The notes below the pieces were generated by a model. The model saw only the letters and a list, made by a program, of their open reading frames with translations, made no database searches and was not told where the DNA came from. DNA of 63,822 nt, counting the filler, from Octopus bimaculoides (Eukaryota): the NCBI RefSeq assembly GCF_001194135.2. It is 4 parts of 4 records of this genome, joined end to end, with 100 filler letters (N's around TTAATTAATTAA, not from the genome) between each part and the next. Parts side by side here need not be neighbours in the genome. Positions count along the whole stretch, not along the records: positions 1 to 18,898 come from NC_068981.1; 3 more parts are not named here. One strand, written 5' to 3'. This document shows positions 1 through 10,367 of the stretch, one piece after another. Each line of letters starts with the position of its first letter. The stretch's first letter is position 1. Made by a program: the position numbers and the translations under genes.

Positions 1-320
1 AAAGGAAAATGGGTAGTGGTGGGTAGGTACCGCCAGCGAGTAGAGAGGGCTCTTAATTGTAGATTTTAAATATTTGAGAGACAACAATGCATAAATCGTA
101 ATTTTTTAAAAGAGCAATGAATTCTGGGTGATTAGAATATAACGTAGCATGAATTTAGGAAGCTTAGAAAATGAATAAGCATGAATTTAAGACAACAACT
201 GAATTCAATTGAATTTCATGGAGAGAAACAAGATAAATAATAAGGGACAAAACTAAAGCGCAAGGTATTGAGATGTTTGAGGCCGTAAATAAATAAAATA
301 AATATATATATATATATACA

Positions 321-478
321 ATGAGTTTCTTTCAGTTTCTGTCTACCAGATCCACTCACAAGGCTTTGATCAGCACGAGGCTATAGTAGAAGACACTTGC
401 CCAAAGTGTCACACAGTGGGACTGAACCCAGAACCATATGGTTGGGAAGCAAGTTTCTTACCACACAGCCACTCCTAT
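321..478 (-). mobile_element. tRNA-derived SINE, family A, 5' half
   Basis: Reverse complement reads ggagtggctgtgtggtaag...ggttcagtcccactg...gaaactgaaagaa, matching the head of the full copy at 17620-18040. Confidence 0.85.
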
Positions 479-574
479 ACACAAATTATATTATATTTTA
501 GAAAATTAAACCAATATCCCAAATATCCCACTGCTCTTCTGAAGTTCACATTCTTAAGCATGCTACAATCAATG

Positions 575-1600
575 TTGGCAAAATGAAAGATTGGTCCTCT
601 AAGATTGCTGAACGTTAGAGCAGAGGCATGTAGATGTGTGCTGTGTGAAAAATGTAATAAGGATAAGAGCTACTACAGGACTCCTCATAAGCAAGGAACA
701 AAAGTACAAACTCTTCTGGGAAGGCAGAAATGAAGATGTGGGTGGTGTAGGCATACACTTAGTAGAGAAATAGCTAAAGTAATCAAGGTAGTCAGAATAT
801 GTGATAGGATTGTTAAAGTAAGATTAGCATTAGATTATTCAATGGTAACATTTATCTCAACATATATTCCACATGATGACAGAGAAATGAATAGAAGGAC
901 CATTTCTATGAGACCCTTCCATAGAGTATCATGATGTCAGATGGCAAAAACTTTATTATTGTGGCTAGTGATTCCAATGGACATGTTGGGCAGTACTCCA
1001 ATGGATTTCATGGTGTACATGGTAGTTATGACTTTGTTTCTTGCAAAAAGGAGGGAACAAAGCTGTTGGAGAAAAAAGGAAGATACAGGAGCTTAACAAT
1101 CCTTTGAACAGTCAGAGATTTACAGATGCTTTAAATAAAGCACTTGATAAAAAGGAGGAGGATATAGAGATATATAACATACAGGACAATTGGAAATTCT
1201 AACTAGACAACCTACTGAGGACTACAGGCAAAATCTGTGGCTAGTGCAAAATTCAAACCAGACCTAGGGTAATGCTGTGGTGTAAGATAGAGTCATAAAA
1301 AGAAAAGAAGCAAGCTTGGAAGAATGGGGGCAGCAGAGAACTATATCAGGTAGCTAAAAGCACGGAAAATGAGTCAATTTAATAAAGGGAGAACCATAAA
1401 AGAAAAGGCTTGTCAACATTCTATTGTGAGAACCAAGGAATGAGGCATTATAGATTGCAAGGTAACATGTCGGAGAAATTCAAGATGGTCTGGGAAAGAT
1501 GTGAATCTGAAAAGAAAGAGGCTCTTATGAAAGGCTCCAACATGTGGAGAATGAATGAGAGAAAGAGCATTTTCTTAATGTTGTCTTTGTCTTCAATCTA
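575..1600 (+). mobile_element. Degenerate RTE-type LINE, endonuclease and linker region
   Basis: Broken translation resembles RTE APE-endonuclease motifs (HVDVCC..., YKLFWEG.NED.VGGVGI). The end resembles the linker of the 10368-13280 LINE. Many stops. Confidence 0.65.
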
Positions 1601-2185
1601 CATATTCTAGCTCACTCACTCCTTCTTCTTCTCTGCATACATGCATTTTTATGTCTTGTCTTAAAAACACAATGCATCATTTCTCATCTTAGATTCTCAG
1701 TTATCTTTTCCCCCACTCTCTCTTGGTTTTTCTCATTTCACCACTTTGCCTTCTTTTTCTCTCTTTCCATATATTACTTCTTCAACTCTCTTTTTCATCT
1801 TACACATTCTTTTAATTAATTCCCTTGTATATGTTATTTTTTTAACTTCATAATTTTATTCTGTATGTAAAAACCTTTATTGATTGATCAAAGTAGACTT
1901 TAGTAGATGATGCTCAACTGATTTGGTTCAATAATACCCTCTTATTTGCAAACAATCATCAAATTTTCATTAAATATGTAAATTAATTTTGGAAAATTAA
2001 TTATGAATTTATTGAAACAATCATCAATAAATTTGTTTACTTTTCCTAACCACAATTAATTGAGACTGTTTTTGCATATATCATTCAGTACATCAATCTC
2101 TTAACTAATATGAAAATATATGCTTCATGGTGGTTATCATAATATACTTTTGCTCACTGACAATGGAAAACAAATCAGTGTAGAT

Positions 2186-2373
2186 CAGCATTTTTCAAAC
2201 TTTTTTGTCACAACCCATTTTATTTACCTTGTGACCCACTGAAGGGCTGGGACCCACAGTTTGAAAAACGCAAGTTTATATTCTGCACTTTGTACCCACT
2301 TACGTTTTTCTTTCCTTCTTTATTGTTGTGACCCATTTTATTTATCTCACAACCCTCAGTTTGAAAAACGCTA
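2186..2373. mobile_element. hAT (Charlie-like) MITE
   Basis: TIRs cagcatttttcaaact / agtttgaaaaacgcta and a perfect 8-bp TSD GTGTAGAT at 2178-2185 and 2374-2381. Confidence 0.85.
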
Positions 2374-2502
2374 GTGTAGATGAATAACAATACTTTAAAG
2401 AAAAGAACACATTTAAAAAGTAATGAAATATCAAATATATTACATAGAAAGATTCTATTGTGTTTTGAAAATTGTAGTGAAACCATTTATATGAACATGT
2501 AC

Positions 2503-2584
2503 CTTCATTATGTTGATTTTTGGAAAATTCAATCATTTCCTGCATGAATTTCATTCCATCTTCAGCATCCATTGGTGAAGCAGC
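2503..2584 (-). CDS. Internal exon of an unidentified minus-strand gene (AASPMDAEDGMKFMQEMIEFSKNQHNE-G); may extend to 2444 (...TCSYKWFHYNFQNTIESFY)
   Basis: Acceptor tttatttatttatag| at 2585-2586; the phase-0 start joins the 4841-4973 exon in frame. Two candidate donors: AAG|GTACAT (exon end 2503) and TAT|GTAATA (exon end 2444). Confidence 0.75.
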
Positions 2585-3849
2585 CTATAAATAAATAAAA
2601 TTTGATATGTAGCAGAGAATTTAAATAAAAAATGTGTCTTAAAAATAGAATAGAGAGAAAAATTGGCAGATATGACAAGGGTCTTCAGGAAGAGAGCTCA
2701 TAAAATAAAGGAAAAAGAAAATAAGACGAGTTCATCCCAGCCAAACCCAACAGAATTCTGTTAGTTATGTTTTCAAATCTTAAAAAATTTTCACCTTTGT
2801 TTATTTCTATGAGAGAACTATTTTCAGAACATTTCAACCTCTAAGCTTAAGCCAATCTTATTTTGTGGCTGCTTATTTAGGGACTGCCAGAAAAATGATC
2901 AAACTTTGTATTTCTTCTAATTTTTAAAGGTCTAATATATCATAACTTGGAAAAGCTGTTTCCCTAATTTCTACTATAAAGAGTTTCAAAAAACAGTTGG
3001 AACCAGTTGTAACTCAAACTTCAGAAGAATTGTAAGTTGAAAAGTAAAGAAAACACAAAAATAAAATCAATTTTTTCTCAATTTTTGTCTTCTGATAGAC
3101 AGGGAAAATACTTTTCTCATAACTAAATTTCAAGGCTATGATAACTTTTCAAAGCCTACATTAAAATTAAATTTAAATAAGAGACTTACTATGCATTGCT
3201 TTGGATTAATGGTCACTGAAATATTGGATTTTTTAAAATTAACCCTTAATTTTTGCCAATTGTCTTTAGCTATTCAAGTTGTTCTTAAGAGTCTGAGTTA
3301 CAACAATTTCCAACAGCTTTTGAAACTGCTTTGAAATAGTTTTCCCAAGGCATGGAAGAAATCAAAAAAGGAAAATTTTTGGACAGTCCTTAAGTGGCTA
3401 TAAAATAAGATTAGTTTAAGCTATGATATTGAAATTTTCAGGAAGTATCTCTTTCGTAGAGATAAATGAACAATGAAAATTTTTTAAAATTTGAAAACAG
3501 AGCTAATACACCCTGAGAATTTGGCTAGAATGAACCTGGGAGGATAAAAAAGATTCACTGGAAGAAAGAAGAGACAGAGAGGTCATAGGTAGAGAAAAAT
3601 GAAGGCATAAGTAGAAGAGAGAGAGAGAGAGATCACATAAAAAGAGAAGAAAAAGATGATAATCTCAAAAAAAGAAGCCATGGAAAGGAGGACTTAAAAA
3701 GAATAACAGATCAAGGGAAATTGAGAGAGATAAAAGACAGAAGAGAATCATGAAAGAAAGAGAGAGAGCCATTATAAGAGAAGGAAAGCTAATTGAAAAT
3801 TTAATGGAAGTGAAAAGGATCAATAGAAAAGAAGCAGAAAAAGTTAGAG

Positions 3850-4600
3850 CTTTGTTATGTGAATGAGCAACAAATATGATAGTTTATCTGCAGGAGTGTC
3901 ATTTATAGAGCCATCTTGATTACAGAGTTATATGTAGGAGGGAGCAAATTTTACAATGCACAAAGGTTTTATTTGCTCTCCAAATGAGTGTCTGCTGTTT
4001 AGTGTAGTAGGGAGTGTTATTCAACTGCAGCTGCTTGTGAACTGTTTGGAATATCCAGAGTTGTGAGTTTTGGTTATGTTGAAGATATGAAAAGATATGC
4101 CTCAAGAGATGATAATGGTCACCCACTTAACTGTTTTGAATAATTGAAAGGCACTGCTAATCTTGCTATTATCAATAATCAGTATACAATTAGCAAAGCT
4201 CCAAATAAGTGCTTTGAAGCATAAGGGATCATGAGGCTGAAATAGTTCTGAATTATAATGATGAAAGGTAGTTGTCTTGTTAGGTAGTCTCCAGAGATTC
4301 CCATACCGTATAAGCAGTGATGGCTAGATTTAGAGATGAAAGGGTAGTAAAAAGTAATTAGTTTATGTGTGAGGCTATGAATATGAATAGTTGCCTATCA
4401 TCAACTACTGCACTGCCAAAGATCAAATTTTCAGTTTTAAATTTCTTTGTGCCACATTTCTGGCCATAAAGCTTACAGGCTTACTTTTAACTGCAGATTT
4501 GACCACTACGGCAGAAAGTAAAAAGTTCATTTTTTTAATGCCAGAAAACAAAGTAAACATTGTGAATGAAAGATGTCATACCATATGGGTTTCAATAGTT
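3850..4600 (-). mobile_element. Possible highly degenerate CR1/Jockey-like LINE fragment
   Basis: Only loose peptide resemblance to the endonuclease-RT linker; many stops. Confidence 0.3.
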
Positions 4601-4840
4601 TAAAGTGTTTGTAGTGGCTGTAAAGTGAATATTAGGATCAACTTAAAGGGTGATGTTAATAATAAATAGTAGTTGAAAGTTCTGGATTGGGAGCAGGGTG
4701 ACATGAGAGAGATTTTGCCTTTTTGAAAAAGGGAAGAAATTCTAGAAAGACACCTTTTCCACACTGGTATATAGGAAATTTAGATACCATAAGCACAGTT
4801 ATGAGGGGAAAAGATCATAGAAAAGAAATAAAATAAAAAC

Positions 4841-4973
4841 CTCTGAGGCTGTGTGAAGGAGTTGAATCCTGCCATCACTCATAGTCATTAACCGAATACC
4901 CATTTGACCAAGTATTTCTAATTGTTCTTTATTTCCTGCCATGAAGTCAATTGCACGAAATCTTCGGCGATCA
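4841..4973 (-). CDS. Internal exon of the same gene (DRRRFRAIDFMAGNKEQLEILGQMGIRLMTMSDGRIQLLHTASE)
   Basis: Acceptor gaatttcag|, donor GAG|GTTTTT, 133 bp (1 nt + 44 codons), protein-like composition, phase-0 end matches the next exon. Confidence 0.8.
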
Positions 4974-5595
4974 CTGAAATTCAATTAAATCAAATAGTAT
5001 TTTTAAACATGTAAATGCAGTTTTCTTTTAATTTGAAATCATTATTTTTTTCTTAATTTTACATTTTGTTTTATAAATGATGGTTACTCTTGCCGATTTT
5101 GATTGAGCGCTTGAAGGAAAGGATTAAGAAAATAAAGAAGCTGCATCTAATTTGCAAAGGATGATTGAATATAATTCGAGTTTGGGTACGGATTTTGCTA
5201 TGAAGTCACAATGGGGACACTGATGATTTTGATTTTGCTAGGGATTGGACAAACATGTCTGTTAATTACAGGATAAAGTTCCTTTATTGTTCTGCTTCTT
5301 CAATTCAGATTGTTTAGATGCATCATGACACATTTTGCATCACTCAGATCAATTTAGGCAGTAACTTTCCCGAAATGTTATATTAAGTTGTAGGGATTTT
5401 AGTTATTGTTTCAACTTATCCTTATACTTGAGCAGGGATTTTCTTTACGTCTACTTGTTGGCCATACAAAAGAATTTTCAGAATGCATTTGAACATGTCT
5501 CGCTTAACTACATTGAATTTTAAACAGCATGTTTTTGATACTGCAGATGTCACATTTTTCTAAAATTCTGACATTAATAATAATAATAATAATAG

Positions 5596-6040
5596 TTCAA
5601 ATTTTGTCACAAGGGCAGTAACTTTGGGGGTGGGGATGAGTTGATTACATTGACCCCAGTGTTCAACTGGTACTTATTTTATTGACCCTGAAAGGATGAA
5701 AGGAAAAGTCAACCTTGGCGGAATTTGAACTCAGAACATAGCGACAAGCGAAATACCACTAAGCATTTTGTCTGGTGCACTAACGATTCTGCCAGCTCAC
5801 CACCTTAATGATAATAATAATAATGATAATAATCTTTTCTACTATAGGCACAAGGGCTGAAATTTGGGGAGAGGGGACTAGTTGATTACATCAACCCCAG
5901 CAAGTAACTGATACTTATTTCATTGACCCCAAAAGGATGAAAGGCAAAGTCAGCCTCAGTGGAATTTGAATGTGCAAATGGACAAAATGCTGCTAAGTAT
6001 TTTGTCCAGTGTGCTAATGATTCTGCTAGCTCACCACCAA
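5596..6040 (-). mobile_element. Two tandem SINE family B copies
   Basis: Each has the reverse complement of gctggcagaa.cgttag...gagttcaaattcc...ctttcatcc...aagtaccag, with CpG-decay substitutions. Confidence 0.85.
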
Positions 6041-6159
6041 TAATAATAATAGTAATAATAATGATGGAGAGAAGAGGAAATAAACAACCCTGGTGGAAAG
6101 GGAGAATTTCAGAAGATATAAACTCCTTGGACAACGTAGTGTCAATACTTGTTAGGAAA

Positions 6160-6365
6160 AAGGTGGCGACCTGGTAGAAACGTCAACACACTGGACGAAA
6201 TGCTTAGCGGTATTTCGTCTGTCTTTACGTTCTGAGTTCAAATACCGCTGAGGTCAACTTTGCCTTTCATCCTTTTGGGATCGATAAATCAAGTACCAGT
6301 TGCATACTGAGGTCGATCTAATCGACTGATCCCCTCCCCCAAAAATTCTGACCTTGGTACTTAGG
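6160..6365 (+). mobile_element. SINE family B
   Basis: aggtggcgacctggtagaaacg...ctgagttcaaatacc...ctttcatccttttgggatcgataaatcaagtaccag. Confidence 0.85.
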
Positions 6366-6369
6366 AAAA

Positions 6370-7395
6370 TAAACTTGGGATATCAGTTAATGGGAAAATC
6401 CCAAACAATCAACCACCTCCTCTTCATGGATGATTTGAAACTGTATGGCAAGGATAACACGCGAGTTCCTTGGTGAACACGGTCCATGGTTTTAGTGCTG
6501 ATATTAGAATGGAATTCAGACTAGAGAAGTGTGGAATAATCTACCTAAAAAGAGGAAAGGCACTGATTAAACAAATTGAAATGGAATGCTACAAATACCT
6601 TGGCATACTAGAGTTCAACAAGAAAATGGAGAAGGAAATGAAAGAGCAACTGAGGATGAAATATTTCCAAAGACTAAGATTGGTGCTGCTCTCAAAATTG
6701 ACTGGATAAATAAAAAATCCCAGCAGTTAATACATGAGTGATAGCATCACTTCAGTATGGAGCTGGAATTATAAAATGGCAAAAGAAAGCACTGATGAAA
6801 ATGGATACAAAGACAAGAAAAATATTGACAGTACACACAACCTTCCACCCTAAGAGTGACACCAATAGGCTGTACTTGTCCAGAAGAAAGGGTGGGAGAG
6901 GTTTGATCAGTTGCCAGGATTGTATCAAAAACAGAGGAAAACAGCTTAGGGTGGTAAGAAATGTTGTGGAGCCATTGTTGAAACATGTGATGAAGACCAG
7001 TGTCATCAAAACTGAGAATTGTGTAATGAAAGGAAAATTTAATGAGGAAAAGAACACAAAAAAAACAACAACATAGAAGGAAAAAAACATATACAGTCAG
7101 TTTGCAAGAGATGTGAATGCTAAGACAGACACAGAAGACTGGTTGCTATGGATAAGGAGGAGTGACCTGAAGATAGAGACAGAAGCACTTGTATACACAG
7201 CTCAAGAACAAGCATTAAGGACCAACTATGTGAAGTGCAGAATAGACAACAACAAATGCAGAATGTGTGGTGAGAGGGGTGAACCAGTATCGCATATCAT
7301 TAATGAATGCCCAAAATTAGTACAATGTGAATATAAAAGATGACATGACAATGCAGCAAGAGCAATCCATTACGAACTCTGTGGAAATCACGGCC
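6370..7395 (+). mobile_element. R4/Dong-like non-LTR retrotransposon fragment (RT C-terminus to zinc knuckle)
   Basis: NHLLFMDDLKLY, YKYLGILE, LYLSRRKGGRGL, AQEQALRTNY, CRMCGERGEPVSHIINECPKL; frameshifts and stops. Confidence 0.85.
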
Positions 7396-7499
7396 TACAA
7401 TCAGACTGGTAGTCATGATGGGTATATTGGGCTTTGTATATTTGTATCCCAGCGTCACTTTGATGGCATGCACTGCTCTCTTACTCGATAATAATAATG

Positions 7500-7680
7500 G
7501 TTTCAAATCTTGGTACAAGACCAGCTATTTCAGGGAAGGGGCTAAGTCAATTAAATCAATCCCAGTGCTCAACCGTTATCAACCCAAAAGTATGAAAGGC
7601 AAAGTCGACCTCAGCAGAATTTGAACTCAGAACGTAAAGTTGGAAGAAATGCTGCTAAGCATTTTTTCTGCTATCTTGCT
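7500..7680 (-). mobile_element. SINE family B, partial
   Basis: aaggcaaagtcgacctcagcagaatttgaactcagaacg...gctaagcatttt. Confidence 0.75.
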
Positions 7681-7744
7681 GCATTAATAAATAATAATGA
7701 TGATAACAAAAACAACAACAACAACAACAATAATCATAATAATA

Positions 7745-8560
7745 GATATTACTGCAGCACCAACAGCAGAAGAAGTGGAAGAATTTTGGAAAGAAATATG
7801 GTCGGTGAAAGAACAACCTCAGAAAAGGACTATTAAAACAACGAACTTAGCACCTGAGTAACTCTGGACCCCTCTAACAATTGAAGAGGTCACCCAGGTA
7901 CTGCAAAGACTAAGCAATTGGAAAACATCTGGGCATGACAAGATCCCTAACTTCTGGTTAAAATATCTGACAGGAATATACAAAAAGCTGGCTGAAAACT
8001 TTAACGACATACTAACAGAGCCAGAGACAATGCCTGAATGGCTCACGAAAGGGAAAAACCATCCTAATTCCCAAATCCATGGAAAATGCAAAACCACAAA
8101 ACTACAGAAATATAACCTGTCTCCCTACAATCTACAAAGCCTTTACTGCAATAATATCGCAGAGATTGAGTAAGCACCTGGAAAATAACAACCAGTTTCC
8201 AGAAGAGCAGAAGGGATACTGCAAGGGCTCATATGGCTGTAAAGATCAATTAATGATCAATAAAGCCATAACTGAAGACAGCCGCAGAAAGAAGAAAGGC
8301 CTCAGTATGGCCTGGATCGACTACCGAAAGGCTTTTGACAGCATCCTCCACTCCTCCACACATGGATCCTCGAAACACTAGCCATGGACAAGGTAGCACC
8401 AATAATCATAAAATACATAAGACTCTATGAATAAATGGCAGACAGTGCTACAGCTCCAAACAAAAGAGGGACTCGTGAAAACCAAAGCCATCCCCATTAG
8501 AAGAGGAATATTCCAAGGAGACATGCTCTCTTCACTCCTGTTCTGCTTGGCACTGACTTG
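7745..8560 (+). mobile_element. R4/Dong-like LINE, RT N-terminal fragment
   Basis: NWKTSGHDKIPNFWLK, NYRNITCLPTIYK, EEQKG..GSYGCKDQL, AWIDYRKAFDS, RRGIFQGD. Starts right after an (AAC/AAT)n tract. Confidence 0.9.
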
Positions 8561-8714
8561 TTAAATAGAACTAAATAGAATGTGATTTTTGGAACCCACT
8601 TTAACACTAGGAGACTCAGAGCACTTTACTTGCAATACAAGACCAAGCTTTAGTGATAAACAGGAGATCAACCTTAGAGCAAGTGTCTCTATTGTACTGA
8701 ATTTGTAATGGATT

Positions 8715-9300
8715 TAATGAGACCATTGCCAATATTGTGAATGAATGCTATCAACTTGCTCAAAACAATTACAAGATGCAGTGACATGATGAGGTAGCAA
8801 TAGTGCTGCATTGGAAACTGTGTGAAAAACAGCAGTTAGAGAGAGATGTAAGACTTGGTACAAGCACAAACCACATATAGTGGCTGAGTTGGAGACTTGT
8901 AAACTCCTGTGGGATTTCTCAGTCCAAATGCACCTAATGATGATGGACAAGATAATCCACATATGCTTTGTAATTGATGTTGTATGCCCATTTAACATAC
9001 GTGAATAGTTAAGAAGGCAGGCAAAAAAGAAGAAAATCCTCTTAAATATGAGATAGTCAGATCGTGGGAATCCTCTTGAATACAATCCTCTTAGATATGG
9101 GAGAGTCTGATTGTGGGAAATGAAAAAGGGAAGTATCAAAACATATTGAGAGGAATATAAAGGAAATGGGAATAGAGTGCCCAGTAGAGCTGATGCAGTA
9201 AGTTTTCTTCTTTGGCAGTCACAAACATTTGGAGAGTATTAGTTGAAGAGAACCATAGCAGGTAGCAAGTCCACTACTTATGCAAGACTCCAGAAGTTCC
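8715..9300 (+). mobile_element. R4/Dong-like LINE, C-terminal restriction-like endonuclease fragment
   Basis: ETIANIVNEC...HDEVAIVLHWKLC, WYKHKP, LLWDFSVQ, IDVVCPFN, LKYEIVRSW. Confidence 0.75.
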
Positions 9301-10367
9301 ATCAAAACCTGACTTGTTAGAGGAAGAAAGAGGACGGCGATGACAATGGAAATAACTAACACTACAAAAGCAAGAAATAAGCTATTTGCTAAAAATGAAA
9401 TTAGTTTGTATCACGAATGCTACCGAACAGCTAAGTAGTTTGAAACCAAACACAGAAGTTAGTGGAATTCTGGGTTAGCATATGGAAAGAGAAACTGTAA
9501 CCCTGAAATTTCCATAGATGGATAGAGTAACAAAGATGTTACAATACATATCAAAAGTAAAGAAGACTTTGCAATCAATATGAGAGATTTTCTAGAAACT
9601 AAAATACAGAAAGAAAAAAAATAAGGTGAAGAAATTGCTCTGCTTCATGTCAAATTTTGATAGTATTTAAAATTATTCTGTGAAGAATTTAGATCTCACA
9701 TTTAAAAAATGTATCCTTACCTAACAGCAATACAGAATTAGATAACAACAGATTGAATTATCCTGCTTCCAAAGTCATAAAATTTGAGAGGGGAAAACCA
9801 ATCCTGATTATATGCACAAAGAACAAAGTTGATCAAATCCAAACAAGAACACACTGGCAGTATTTGGAATAGTGGTAAACTACCTTCTGTGTCTACTAAA
9901 AAAAAAATTTAATATAATGCATCACCATTGACTCATACACTCTTCATAGGCAAGAAAAAATGCTTTGAGATGGATGTGATGGGAAGTGTTTGATGATAAG
10001 ATTGAGAGAATAGTTTTCAATAGTTTCAATGAGGTACTAAATGCGAAGATTCTTGAATAAACAAGAAAAAATCAAGTATCTAAGTGTCAAAAGAACCCTG
10101 ATTAATAATAATCTCAAAAAGAAATTGAAAATGACCTGTACTTGGAAGAAACAATGATATAATGCCAGCTAGCCATGATGAGTGCATGCAAAAAGCATTC
10201 CAGTTTCAGGGTTATCTAAGATTATATCATCCAAAATCTAACTTTTTCAAGAGGGTAAGGTTTGATTTGAGGAAGATCTTGTTGCTGGTCAAGCAATCAT
10301 GTAAAAGCTATGTTGTTTAAAGATGTTTTTCAGAGAATGCAGTTTTTATATTTACTACTTTCAATGT

